Position numbers and translations under genes: made by a program | Source: Trichosphaerium sp. ATCC 40318 | Lineage: Eukaryota; Protista; Tubulinea | Assembly: GCA_038496445.1 (NCBI GenBank) | Contig: JALMLS010000360.1 | Coordinates: forward strand, 233-64,232 | Direction of reading: 5' to 3' | Length of the DNA stretch: 64,000 bases | Part shown: piece by piece, positions 25,149 through 39,067 of the stretch | Layout: the number at the start of each line of letters is the position of its first letter | Numbering within the stretch: position 1 is the first letter of the stretch | The notes under the pieces: model-generated | The model's input: only the letters and a program-made list of their open reading frames with translations | Database searches by the model: none | Told to the model about the DNA's origin: nothing

Positions 25149-26714
25149 ATGGCGGACTATTGGAAATCAGTTGGCAACAAATGGTGTGATGTTTGTAAAT
25201 CATGGGTTAGAAACACCAAAGTCGTACGTTAATGCGCTATGTAAGCCGTTTCCTGCTAATTGTAATTAACAGGCCCAAGCGAAGCACGAAAAGGGTGAAA
25301 CGCATAAAGGGAACCTACGACAGAGGTTAAACGACATGATAACCAATAAAAAAACTCATAGCATGGCGCAGGACACTAGGGCTGCACAGCTTCTTAAAAT
25401 CAAAATGGTACGCGTATACGCCCCCGATTACGCTTACAGGCAACGTTTCGGGTGACATGTAACAAAAGTAAAACACCAACAACAGCTGTTTCTAAATTCG
25501 TTTTTAGGCTGGTGAAAGCGCCTATAAACACGATATGGCTGGCGGTCAAGTATACGAATCAAGGTCGACAGAACCTGGTGTTGCAACAAACCCTTACGAA
25601 GCTGCTCTGAGTACGTCATCGTTCCGTAATTACACTTCCCTTCAGTTTCTCAATCGAAGAGTATTTCTCATTTTTGAAGACGTCACTCATCTGTTTGCGT
25701 TCACTCTACGAAAGATTGCCTTCTCTTGATGTTATTCTTATGTTTTTTGTAGATCCTGATGGATTAGGTAGTCAAGACCGCTGGGCACAGAAGTATCAAC
25801 ATCTACGTAACTTTCAAGCCCAACAAGAAGCGCAACAAGCAGCGTATAAAAAACAATGGGATGAATACTATGCTCGTAATCCAAATGCTTATGGACCACA
25901 AGCAACCAGTCAACAAGCATACGCCTATCAGAATTATGGTTTGAAGAAAGCTATGCCACCACGTAAAAATCAAGCGCCGCCACCCGCTAGATCAGGTCCA
26001 CTTCCTACTGCTAACTCACAAGCACCACCGCCTCCTACTAGATCAGGTCCACCGCCTCCTGCTAGAGCTAAAGGACAGATAAAAGATCAAAGTAGAGATG
26101 ATAAAAAAGCTTCTGATTCTGCGGACAAATCTGAAGAAAAAGACTCTGAGAAGAAAGAGGATGGTGATTTAAAGGATGTTCCAGAAGGTGAAGGAGAGGC
26201 ATATTGGGCTTATGGTTATAATAACTGGACTGCTGCACCTATGCCTGGTAAATGGGAAGAAGTTCAAGAAAAGGACAGATTTAATGAGTATTGTAGACCT
26301 GCTTCTCCTGAGAAAGTACGAATGAGGCTTTTAGCTGTTTTGTAGAGTGACGTTAACGATTTTTTTAAAGAAGAAATCGGAAGCTAGGGAGCCTACAGAG
26401 GAAGAACTAGAAGCAGAGGAGCTAAAGAGGCTTAAAAAGAAGAGAAATAGACCTGATTATGAAGATAGCGATTCAGACGACTTGGAGGTAAGTAAAACGC
26501 CTTATGTTTGCGTTATTATTTGCTTTGTTGGTATGCTTGTCGCTTTAAGGGGTTAATGTTGTTTTTGTAGAGTGGTCAGCCTCGTGAAAAGAAGGTTGCA
26601 CCAACAAAGCAGTTTACAGGGAAAAAAGCAGCTTCAGTAGCACCCGTTGTTTGGAAGAAAAAAGTAAAAAAGCCTGCGAAGAAAAGAAAACGGTTTCGCC
26701 GTTCAGAATTGTAA
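25149..26714 (+). CDS. WBP4/FBP21-like U1-type (matrin) zinc-finger protein with Pro-rich and charged tail
   Basis: MADYWKSVGNKWCDVCKSWV...HEKGETHKGN matches the WBP4 N-terminus. Multi-exon, with a Lys-rich end. WW domains not evident. Confidence 0.8.
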
Positions 26715-26799
26715 TAATAAAGTAAAATAAACAAAAAAGAAGAAAACAAGAAAATCCTTACGTTTACGTGCAAGTTACAGGACCTTAAATTGTAATTCA

Positions 26800-29700
26800 G
26801 AGAATAGTACAAGTGGTAGGATTAAGGTAGAACCATTGAACAAAAGTGTATTTGTCGAAAAGTTGACGGTTTGTTGCATGCTGAAAGCGGAGTTACCATT
26901 GAAGTCACGTGTTAATTTAATTGAGCAACATAGTGATAACACGCTTTGTGAAGTATTTGAACATACATCTAGATGTATGTTGAGATAATTACAATTCCTT
27001 GTATGTTCTGGGATGCACCTTAAAGAAAAACTTTCGATAAAAATGTGAGAAACATTATTTCTTTTTATTGTTTCTCTGTATGTGCTTCGATCATTTGTTT
27101 TGCTCTTTCCATAAGATTTGGATAGTATCCATCTGTTGAAATATGTTTAATGATATGACGAGTTTCTTTAGACCATTCTAAAAGAAGTAAGTGAAAAAAC
27201 TTGTAATGTTTAAAGAAGTCAAACAAAGGTCGTTCTTTTTTTTGGTTACCATTGGTGCTTGTTTCAATAATATTCATGTACAGCGATAATGCTCTTTTAA
27301 TCTTCTTATTGTATTGTGGTGTTACCTGAAAATACTGGTGTTAAGTATAAATAAGTTGATGACTGTTTTTTTTTGCAGTTTGTGTTCTCGCGTGACTTGT
27401 CGCAATTCAACAACGTTATTATTCAGTTATTGTATTGACAAGAATGTATACACGCGAAAGGAAATATTAAGAGACAAAAGCAGAGTTAAGTGTTGCCTGA
27501 AAAGGTGCAACAATAAAAAAACGTAAAGAACTTTTTAGAAAAACCGTTACCTCGTCAATATGCTGTCGAGTCTTGATACACATCACTAAAGCAAATCCCA
27601 AATTACGAAATGCATCCTTAGATATAATTAACAAACGTAGTTAATGAAATATCATAAAGCAATAATGTATAATAAACAAGGTTACCTCATTAAATTCATT
27701 CAAAAGTTTGCAAAGCAATGTATATTTTTCAGCTGCCTTAGCAAACATTTCGTGACTCTCTATGTACTTTTTATTCTTGTATGGTGGTTCACCACACTTA
27801 AATAAAGCTTTTCCCCAACTATTCTAGATAAAACAAAAGATTAAAAACGAGCAAGTATTTGAAAGAAAAACCTAAAAAAAACTTACCAAAATTGAGGTAG
27901 ATTCTGGGGAGAGCTGGTGCGCTCTTGTGAAACGTTCTAATGCTTTACGCAAACAAGAAGTTCTATTTGTTTCAGAAGAACTAATACCGGCTTGTGATAC
28001 CTTGATAATACATCAGGATATTATTTTTTTAGACATAGGTTGTATTTTTCTTGCATGCTTCGTTGACATTTTTTTTTTGTGGATATGTTGAATCCAATTC
28101 ATCGTGCTTTGACAAAAACTGTTTTTTTTCTATTTTCACGTACATATATTGCAGCTAAATTGTGATGAACTTGAGAATCATGCTCATTAAAGTCTAGTTT
28201 TAGCACTTTTTTAAATTCAATTTTTGCTAGCGGTTAGTTAATATCAAGTCAAGAGTTTTAAGCTTAGTGTCGTTGACATACCACTCTGTAAATTCTTTAG
28301 TGCCGGTTCTATACTTTTGTTCTGAATAAGACATCGTGCATAACGAAAATGTGTATGTCCTGAATTAAATAATAAAGTGTAAAATGTCACTGTGTTCAAA
28401 GATATTCCATTTTCTGTAACTATTTTTAGAGCTTGTTGAAGCTTATTACACGCCCTCCCTAACAAGGATTGTTCTTCTCCTATTTCTGATACCATTGAAG
28501 CCCTTGAGCATAAAGCGGTGCCTAAACAAATGATGTAAATAGCCAGAAAGCCAACGACAAAAAACAGCTTGTAGTAGACATGCAAAAAAAACTTTGATAA
28601 AAGTTCGAACGCACCCCACTTCCAAAGAGCTTTCCAATCTGTTGGGTTCAAGTTAAGGCTTCTTTTATATTTTTTAGATGCTTGTACCCATAGTTTTTTT
28701 GATTTAGAGGATTTAGTGAGAGCAGCTTGTCTACTCAAACAGAACGCCCAGTTCCTTTAAACAAAAGTGAATAGAGAAGGCCTTAAAAGTTATTAAGTTT
28801 AGCATGTATCTCACCTAATTGCTCTGTAATCATCTGGTTTGATAGACAAGCATTGTTGAAACTGGTGGTTGGCCTAAGTAAATGTCAATAAGCACGTGTT
28901 GGCTAATTGAACAACTTACACGTTCATATATTTTAAAGGCTTTAATCCCAGTCATTGTTGTCGCCTTTCTTGCTAATGCCGTACCTTCTTCAAAGGAAAT
29001 TCTATGCATGTGTTTGACACGTGGTACTATACTTATTATTTGACTTGAAATAAATGATCCTGTTCTGAGAGAAGAAATGATACTTCCGGGCAATGATTTA
29101 TACTTCTCACACTTTTTCAATAAAATTCCTGTTATATCACAAAGTCGTTTGAACATCTTCGGCCTGTCTATTGAAGTACTCCATTTGAAGGAATCCTTGG
29201 TAATTTCAACCTTAGAAGTAAGCGTTTTGGAGTTTTCATCATCAATAGGAAACCTGAAGAAGAAATTATTAAGCAACAACTCCAAATCTTTTCATAGTTC
29301 AAATGCTTCGGTTTTTCCCCCACCCCTTAAATACTGTTTAATTCACAAAATAAATCCGTAGGGTGGTTATGTGGTATGGTGAAGTGGAATTGAGAGAAGA
29401 GAATTGTAAATCACGTGTTGTATTTCAAGCACAAAAAGTTGTGTATGAAGTAAATAATTCAACTGTTTTCTTCGTTTAACCATTGAGCAATTGGGAATGA
29501 TACCTTTCTAACAGTTCTGGGGCAATATGGTTGCGCCAGAATTCTTCAGAATCATGAGAGAATAAAGAATTAAAAAAATGAATAGCAACATCTACAAATG
29601 ATTTTGTAGTGACAAGTGATCCAGAGTCAATTAACTTTCTCCACCTTAAAGAAAGTTAAGTACAATTGCAATTTCCACTAACTTGTCTCACCCTCCTTCC

Positions 29701-31934
29701 AATAGATGTTTCGCAGTTCGTGCTGAAGCTTCTGTCAGAACCAGAGTCTTTAGCTTTTTGTTATGCAAATGGCAGTATAACCAAATTAGATAACGCATGT
29801 TAATCCCTCTCAAGTGCATTCTTCGAGAAAATCAGCTTCAAAAAAACTAAACAACTTAAAAATAAATTGAACTTTTCTAGTTTAACATTCGTACTCAGCA
29901 CAAAGTTCAGGTAACTCTTCACTTGAAGGTAATGCGCTATCAAAATTAGACTAAAAAATCCCGTGTTAGCGACAACACTTTAGAACTTGGACGAGGCTCA
30001 ACTTAATATTTTGATAGTCATTAAAATTAGTGTTGAGTTGCCAGTAGCGGAACCAAATCCTAAAAATAAAGTACGTACTGTAAGTGTAGTAACACTAGAT
30101 CGAGAACATTCACTTACACAATCACCAAAATCGATTATCTTAACAGCTACACCAAAAAAAGGTTAGTAACCTTGTAAGATTATTTTCTAGTAAAAAAGCA
30201 ATAAAAAGAAACTGCATTATTTTGACACATGTGACATTTATAAATTTCAAATTAAGGTAAACACAAGTACGCTTTAGCCTTGATTCCAAGTACAGTGCAA
30301 ACTCTGGAATTACTTCGTATAGCTAATTGCATAGTTAAGCAGGAAAAAATACAAAAAAAATTTGAATCTTTTTTTTGAGTTAAGAATCCCAAACGTACTA
30401 GTTTCGTAGTTGCCTCTGTTACCTTTTCTTAAAATATTTAGAATTTGTAAACTCTTAGAGTATATATACAACATTTGAATGTATAATACCTCTTTGTTAT
30501 GTTCTCCCTGAAGGTCATCTTTTCCAAAACTACTGAAGGCATCTGACGATAAAGGTACACTATTTGCTTTCACAAACTCAGGTCTAAATAACCGATACAG
30601 CTTTGCTCGCTTGAATTTTGGAAACGTTGGTGGAAACGTCCTTGCCACATCAACTAAAAAAGAGGATGTTAATGACATACCAAGCAAGTAACACTTTAAG
30701 TTTGGTTTGAAAGTGGAAAACAAGAGTAGTAGAGTTGTAGTTACGTAGGTAGAAGTTGTTGTCAGTTCCTTGGTGTCCTTCAACATCTACTGCTGTATAT
30801 AAATGGTATTGGTGCATACCATCAGTATCAGTAACACGATGTTTCTAACCTCTATGTTTTAGAAAGGCAATCGCTTCAGTTTCGTATTGGAAAACCAAAA
30901 TGTACTGGTACCTTTAGATTTAAAATTCTTGCTGCAGCCTTTATCTTTTGTTCAAATTTTGGATTATCATTGTGTATCTTTATACCAGCATTATGGCTTC
31001 CATAAATAAGACTATTTGAATGTAAAGGAATAACAGATTGTGCCAAAACACAATGTCCACGGTACCTAGTTAATAATAAGTAAACAGATAACAATGTTTT
31101 TTTGGTCTCACCGAACAAGAGCCATCAATGGCGTGAAAAGCCTAGATATCCTACAATCTGAGAAAGCCATAGCAGCTCTTATTTCATGCTAGACAATTAC
31201 GTAAGCAAGGCGACTGTGAACGCAAGGAGCAGAGCAAAACTTTTTTTTTTTTTCTCTTCTGATTTTTTTTCTTCCTTTTTACTTACTTCTGCTGCTTTTA
31301 TTGCGTATGAGTCTCCACCGTATATCTTCTCCCAATCCTTTGATAGTTTGAATAGAATACCATCATGTAAGAACTTTTCTCCACCAGCAATACCACCTAC
31401 AGGAACAGCCATGACTGTCTTTTCTTCATTGTTCAAATGCATCTCATTTATAATCTTTACACTTATTTTACTTGCTACGTTTGCGAAATCCAAAGAAAGC
31501 TGTTTTAACTTTGTTGCACGCTCTAATTCAGCCTCTACGTCACTAAAAGAGGTCTTAGTTGTGATGTTAGACATAGGACGTTAAGAAAATTATAAATAAC
31601 GATACTAACGCGCTATTTGTACGGTTTAGATTACATAAAGGCGTGTTAGGTATTAAATGGGCGCATTAAGGTTATTTAAGAAGTAAACCGACTTTTAGTC
31701 GTAATATGCGTTAATAACGTACGTAGAGCGAGAACAAGCTATTCCAGGAGAGTGTAGTAATTCTTGAAATTCTTTATTCCAATCTAGGCGCACGTTAGAT
31801 GTTTTTGCGATATTTGGCGTTATTTAACGAGTACCACGTGATGCTGTTTTTTTATGCTGTTGAATAAGATTAACAGCGTCATTTACGTTGGTTACAACAC
31901 CATAAGGGCCATATGAAGACTCACTATAATCCAT
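26800..31934 (-). CDS. Large CLU (clustered-mitochondria) domain + TPR protein, many exons; ends approximate
   Basis: DWNKEFQELL; VGGIAGGEKFLHDGILFK; HEIRAA; PLMALV.YRGHCVLAQSVIP..LIYGS.NAG; VDVARTFPP; LYRLFRPEFVK..VPLSSDAFSSF. TPR-like helices in ORF 28244-28738. Confidence 0.85.
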
Positions 31935-32491
31935 ATAAGGCCTAAGCTTTGCACTATGCTCAAAACCAAAAACGAGGTTGACAATTCATAAGGCGGGTGT
32001 CTGTTAAGTGGCGTTGCAGTAGTCTTTTCGGGTGACAAAGAAATGGTTTGCCCTTGTTAAAAGGGAAAGTAAGACAATACTATTATTTAATACAGCCGAA
32101 AAAACGAACCCCTTTTTGGCATCAAACATCAGTGCTTTTTGTGGAAAAGATGGGATACTGTGGGGGCTTGGCGCGAGCGTTGTTGCAGTTCGTGGTGAGG
32201 AGCTTTGAAACCCAAACTCCTACTCTCAGAACTAGATAATTTGGATCTTGCTATCCATCTCCTGGAGCAACCTTAGAAGTGAATGAGACCCAGTAACAAG
32301 GTCAGTTCTGTTTGAAAATGCAGTTTGTTTGGAACTCTTCTATTTATTTATTTAGAGTATTACAGTTGCAGTTACTTAAAAAATTGTATTAACCTATCAC
32401 TACGCTGCATATTTCTGTATACAAGATATAGTTATTTGTAGCTTTAACTCTGATATCTTTCCAATTATGAGAGTGTTTAGATACCATTTTA

Positions 32492-34366
32492 TTATTCATT
32501 TCTGATTGTCTCTTCTTCGGTTACATACCACTGACCTTCAGTATCGCTTGCTTCTGTAAGGTCTTCATCTATTAAAAAATTTGTCAACAAAGGATTGTTA
32601 ATAGCAAAATGGAAACAACTTTTTTACTCGTCATAGACGACTCTAATTTACGAGTTGATTATCAATAAGAATACGCTATGTACTACAAATCGCAATCTCA
32701 TGCGCTATAGGCGCGCTTTTAAGGGTAAAGAGTGTTCAAAACTAACCTGAGTCTTCCCAAAATTTATAACTTGACCATCCATTTGGAGCACTCGCCTTCC
32801 ATTCTTCATACCTGTTAAGAATCATTAGTACTGTGATAAATATTTCTTTCCGGCCCTACCCTTCAACAGCAAGTTTAACTCGTTCTATTGTCATTGGTGC
32901 GTATTTTGTAGCGACCTTAAAAAAATAAGTTAAAATCAAGCAACCTTTTTCTATTGAAAACACGTGTTCATACCCAGTTTACCATGAACTTTGGTATAGA
33001 TCCTAATTTAAAAGAGGTTAAGCAAAGGTTATATAAAAGTAAATGTGGCGAGAGGTTATTTGATTACCTTTAGGATCAGCTCTGCTGAAAAAGTATACTT
33101 CAGATCCACCGTTATCCATTTTTTTAATAACATAGCCTGTTCGATGTGATTGAGCTCTACATCAACATAAGTAACGTTTTGTATAGTATTGATATGTGAA
33201 AGGTTAATATACGAATTATATCAACATCGTACCTGATATAGTGCTTGTACTGTGGGCAATCCTTGCATTTTACAGATTGATTCATAATAATCCATATTCC
33301 TTATGAAAAAGCGTGAGTACAATATGACATGCCGGAATGATTGAAGTTATTATTCCAATGTCTTTAGAATTCTTAGTACCTTTTTCAAGGTCACGGCTCC
33401 ATCCTCGTTTTGTACAGAAATCACGATTCTTCATACCGGAGGGAGACTATAATTTATATCAATTACAATTCCAGAAAACAACTATTTTTGATTTTTTTCG
33501 AAATTGTGAACAAGTCAAAAAACCCTACTAACCTTTGCTGCGTAGTACCCAATCTCATTATTTTTATCTATTATACGGATAGGATATCCATCTAATAATG
33601 CATTATTTGATAAATTCTATTGCCGTGATCACAGTTGTACAATAAATAAAAACCACAAAGCGTTGTACCTATCATATTAGCATCCCACAAAAATCGATAC
33701 TACAGTAGTTATTAATTAATTTATAGTTATTAAATTATGCACGTTATTTGCAAGCGTAAAAAAATCTGTGCGTACCTCGTGATCATGGAGAACAGAGTAC
33801 ATCGTTTCTAGTAAACGCAACACGTGAGCATTTTTTGAAAAAAGACTAAACGGTATACATAACGATCCCAACGTACCAGGTTTAATATCTGACCATTGGG
33901 CGCGAATACGAACTTCCTTTACAGGACATCCATCTGGAACCTGTAAACGGCAAAAGGAGTTGAGCGTCATTAAACACAAAAAAAAAAACCTTTAAAAAAA
34001 TTGTGCTTTAAATGCGTTTTACACCTCACTATGCGCACGTGATTAACAAAAAAACAATACATACCTTTCTTGTCCATACCGTTATATTTCTTCTATCATA
34101 AACCATTACCCAACTGGGGTTGTTATCGATACAAAGACTATAAAAACCTTCAAATTCACGTGTTGTATAAGGTTGATGTTTTATTTCTGACGAAACGATA
34201 TCTGGTTGGTTCTTTTTATGTTGGAACCACGTGCGTCTACAGACGCATTTAGTAAGTTATTTTGTAATTTAGTAGTTAATTAATGAATTCTTGATAACGA
34301 AAAACGTAAGTAGTACCTACTAGAGAATTCTTTTGCTCTGAAACCTTCAGGTACGTTATTCGACAT
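32492..34366 (-). CDS. START-domain lipid-transfer protein (PCTP/STARD10-like)
   Basis: WVMVYDRRNITVWTRK; YSVLHDHE..WD.NMI; NNEIGYYAAK; KNRDFCTKRGW; TGYVIKK; ADPKG.IPKFMVNW; KYAP. Confidence 0.85.
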
Positions 34367-34904
34367 CTAAAGATCTTGTTTTTTTGACGTAAAAAAAAGT
34401 TCAAACTAGCGTTGACTTAGCTAGAACAATCGTTTAGAGTTGCCTATTAACGTGTATACTTCTAGTGGGTGCACAAAGACATGGTACTCACTTAGAGAAG
34501 GAAATGCGCTTCTTGGATTTAGTAGAGCCCGATGTTGTAGAATAACTTATATAATGGTCGAAAGAGCCAGTATGTAACAGTAGGATCATTATACCTAAAT
34601 CTATCGGCCAAATCGTTACAATCTGCTGTGATCAAATATAATTACGAGTGGTATTCGTATTGTGTACTTAGTAGATCTTGAGGACAGCCTGTGTCGTCCC
34701 TTCCTTTGGTAGACGTTATCATTTATATTTGAATTGTCCATATCTGTTGACACCGAACACAACGGTACCATATCCAAATGTCTGGTAATTGCCGGGTGTA
34801 CTTGGCCCATGTTGTGCACCCAGAATACTTGTTGCATGTTCTTTGTTGAAAGTTAAAGGTGTACGTACCAAGGGTGCGACGCGTTTCAGCGTTGATAAAC
34901 AGTG

Positions 34905-35150
34905 ATCTGCTGTTTGATTCTTGTAATTCTAGTTCGAGATTGTTATAAATAAAGGTGTCAGAATCAGATAGTTCATCATCAGATAGCTTGCCAGCAGAAC
35001 CATCAGTATCTGCTTGTAACTTGATTTTCTTCAGTTTGTTCATTATCGCCATTCTCTTTCTTTGTCTTTTTATCACCTTTCTTGGCTTTTGAACTTTGAC
35101 GTTTTGTAACTTTGCCGTTCTTCTTTAAATCCATCCTGTAAAGTCTTGCA
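34905..35150 (-). pseudogene. C-terminal fragment of the ankyrin-PARP family (copy D)
   Basis: CCAAGAAAGGTG(A/G)TAAAAAGACAAAGAAA matches copy A near 5477-5505 with one mismatch. SDDELSDSDTFIYN / LELELQESN match copy A SDDDLSDSDDDNFISN / LDIELQKAN. Confidence 0.7.
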
Positions 35151-35256
35151 CGTGACCAAAGATTCACTAAGATTCTTGTAACGGTAGAGATCAGTTGTAG
35201 CTTAAGACTATAATGGAGACGAAAGGATTTGTATTTTTTGGCTTCTTTATTTATTT

Positions 35257-37754
35257 TCAAACTAACAACAATGAAAGAAGTACACTGGCTATCAATGTGC
35301 CAAAGCAAAGGCTAAATGCAGATGCGCCACTCTCCGTACGCATCGCCGGTGCGCTAGTAGTAGGTAGAGTTGTAGGCATAGTGGTTGGTTGCGAAGTGAT
35401 TGGTGGGCTAGTGGTAGGTGGTGTAGTTGGAGGCATAGTGGTTGGTGGCGGTGATGGTACAACAGGTGCCAGTGTAACAGTAGCATTTTCACCCATCACT
35501 CGTGGATCAACAACACGGAAGTAAGGATCAGATGCTGAAGTGTTTCTTTGTTTTTCAGAAGCTGTAAGCTATAAGAAACAAAGAAAAGTTAAAATTTAAT
35601 CGATGACAGAACTTGGCCGAAAATCGATTTGAACAGTACACTGTTATGACGTACAATGAGCATATCGACTGAATTGACATAGTGTAGATTAGCATAATCT
35701 TGTTTTGTACCATTACTCAAAAAAGTCAACCCTTGTCTTTTGTATGTGCTATTTTTGTATAAAGTAATAACTGGTTGATAGTCAAATCCTGTGAATGTAA
35801 TATATGCCAGAGCATCAACTACACTATCTTCTGATGATGTAACATCTATTGTAAACTTTGTTATATTCTCTGTTCCGCTTATTTCACCAAGCCATATAAC
35901 TGGTCCATTGCGTGAGATCTCATTTGAGTCGCTTATTGAGATGATTTGAGCGTAAAGTGTGTACTCTGTTAGGGAGGATTGTGGTCTCTCAATCCATACC
36001 ATAACATGCTGATTCATTGCTTCATTGTAAATAGCTTTGACTGGTCCTACGTTCACTTCATCAGGGAGTGCGTAGACGACTTCAGATGAGAAATCTTCTT
36101 CCTTTACAAAAAAAATATCAGCAAACATACGTCTGCAGTTTTTTCTTACTGCGTTCAATAGAATCGCTATTATAGTATCTGGTCCTCCAAATGTAATCAA
36201 AAGAGTTTTACCATCCTTTGCGTTAGTCGAGGTAGTTTCGGTTAAACTCTCAGTAAAGGCTATGCATAAAAGAACAAAGAGGTAAGAAACCGACAGTTTG
36301 AGATTTCTTGGTTTTTTCGTACTTTGCATGATGTATGCTGGGTGTGGTGAATTAGGATCCTTCAGGGAAAACGAACTTACTACAGTGCCAGTACTATTAC
36401 TATAGAAGTATAGGTAACGTTGTGTATCTATATGAGTAAGTCAGCGAACATTGGTGACTTACATAGACTGAAACATATCGCAAAATATGCAACAGAACAA
36501 AGTTTACTTACTTTTATCGTAACTTATAGCATCAGAAACTATTCTAGAGAAACCTGTCGTATTTCCTTGTACATACTAGGATAGATAAATAAGTGTCGGG
36601 ATACAGCACGATGTTCATTTTCAGTTTTTTTGAAGAAAATACACGCGTGTAGTTGATACAAAAGTGTTCACCAACGATGTTGTACGAGTGAAAGTTTTAC
36701 GTACATGAGTTCCATTAAAGGTGTAACCACTGTAACTAGATTGTCCTCCACCGAAAGAAAGAAAAACAAGTTCATCATCGCCTGGTATAAGAGCTAGAAG
36801 TTCTCCTCCAAAGGTGTCTTCAACGCTGAAATTCGCTTTTGTCAAAACAGCTGTACAGTGATTAGTAATAATAGATGTTAATTACAGATAAAATCACTGT
36901 CAAAAGGGAAACCACCGAAACTGCTTTTTTTTTGATTGTAGAAACAACTGTTGGGGTGACACGTCACGTTGTGTTTTGAAAGTTAAAAGAATATAATATG
37001 AAATTAAGTGCAGGGAGATATTCCGAAGACTGCTAAAAAGACAACATTGGTAAAAAAAAAATCAAGAATTCGCGAATTTCGTATCGAAAAAATGTTCTGA
37101 ACATCCCCTTTGTTTTAGTTCTATTTATTCAAATTCTTACTTGTCACCCACGCGAATATACTTGTGTAAGCAAATATAAACATAAGACATCTTCTTTGGG
37201 GTGATAAGTAAGAATTTGAATGAATAGAACTAAAACAGGTTAAAAAACCAGCTCTTTAAAGTGACTGTTCTTCGATTTCAATTTTGGGGCAAACTGCTTT
37301 TTTTTTTTTTTTTGGGAATTCTTAATTGGGTGCACCCAAAACCGACGATCGGTTTCGCTTTATTCAAGATACTGAACGCGCTCTTAGTTTGTATGTCCAG
37401 TTTTAAAGTACCTTGCTCTTCTCCAATGTGTAAGGTGAAAGAAAAGATTGCTACTCCGTTTACTCTTGTTCCAAAGGTAACGCTGGCGATTGCTACCGTT
37501 TTTGTACCGTTTAGCTCAAGTGACGTCATTAGCGAACCCCATTCTTGGTTAAGAGCGACATAGTCGTCCATTGGAGATTCAAAGGCTAGTACCAGCAGTT
37601 TAGTTACAATAATGTTATACGCTCACTATCAATTAAGAACAGCTTGAAATACGCGATTTTACGCATTTATAGAGCCGTTTAACAAGTTGATTAGAGTACT
37701 CGTACCCAAAGTAAAAAGTAGAATCGATAATACCGATAATAGACGTATAACCAT
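35257..37754 (-). CDS. Putative GPI-anchored cell-surface glycoprotein with Pro/Thr-rich stalk (multi-exon; joining of 5' exons tentative)
   Basis: Signal-peptide-like MVIRLLSVLSILLFTLG at 37754. Beta-rich exons (ORFs 37278-37571, 36621-36845, 35589-36329) with NxS/T sites. PTT repeats and hydrophobic terminus SGASAFSLCFGTLIASVLLSLLLV*. Confidence 0.65.
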
Positions 37755-39067
37755 TCTTGTTGATGCTATGACAATATGTAAGATGCTTTTTGCGTAAATC
37801 TAGCTAGATCCAAAGTTGGTGACTTAACTATCCAAATATGTTCATATTACATACGTATGTATACCTCTTAATACCACGAATTCATTGGGAAATGACCACT
37901 ATATGTTGTCATGATCCTTGAGTTTTTAGGCCATCTCCCACTAAACTTATGGATATGTCTAAAACGAGAGCATCTCAAAGGCTACGTGAGTGTTATTCTA
38001 GTGTTAAATCGAGTAGGAGTGATTGTAACTTTGTCTCTTACACGCAAGCACCCTGACACAACAGTTCCAGATATCACAGTACCTGAGATTTGCATTGTAA
38101 AGGATGATGGTTTGTTTACTTCATGCTCATATTCAGTCGACATAGATATGATGATATGCATCATAATAGTCTCAGAAATCCGCGGATATTGAGAAAGCTC
38201 AAACATTCTTTGAGCTGCAGAAACAACCAGTACAAACATTAAGCTTTAACAAGTGATACAAGCATTGGATGCATGTCCCTAATAGCAGTAGTCACCTATA
38301 CAAACTAAGTCAATAATGTAGTCCATTATCACAAAAACATACCTTGTCAACACGTGACAAAAACCATTTCGTAAAAGAAAGAAAACAAAACTGTTGTTGT
38401 ATAAATTGTTGGCATTTTATCTTATATGAGTAGATAGTGTTGAACGTACATGATAGAATAGTGGGTAGAGTAGGGCTGTGGCAACGACCAGAACTCGTCA
38501 ACATACTCCTATATTGGGATGATGCCTTTCTGTTCTTGCTGTGAACAATCTATGTTGTGATCTGATCTTGTAAAGCGGATACATAGTTCGCACAGCTATT
38601 CACTGTATCAGGTGAAGCTAAGGTTGTCATTGCACAGTACTGGCCGAACACTGAGAACAAAAAGGCCTCGTCCAGGTCAATTCCACTAGCTACTGTTGCC
38701 ATCCTAGTCAGTGTAAAACTTTCACTTATCACGTGATACAAATATATAAACCTAGCTGTACGTGGGTATGTGAGATTGTTGAATGTGAAACCAAACATTG
38801 ATATTAAACTTACAGTGTTACTTGAATCGCTTACGTAACTATTGAAAAATGGTTTCATTTGTTATAACCGACTCAATTGTTTAGTATAAAAGGACACAAT
38901 AAAATGTTTTCTATCTAAGATTATCGAAGTCAACGACTCAAACAAGTGAGCTGCTACAAATTTAACTATCACATAAGATTGTTGTATGTAAAACGAAACA
39001 TTTAGCAATTCCTACCACGAGCGTTTCTATACTGTTGTTTATTGTTCTGCTCAGTAACACGATTTAG

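Noticed and set aside
21220-26714. Functional cluster of two matrin-finger spliceosomal genes (ZMAT2, WBP4-like) around G-beta
   Set aside because: There is no sequence evidence of duplication or co-regulation, so chance adjacency is sufficient.
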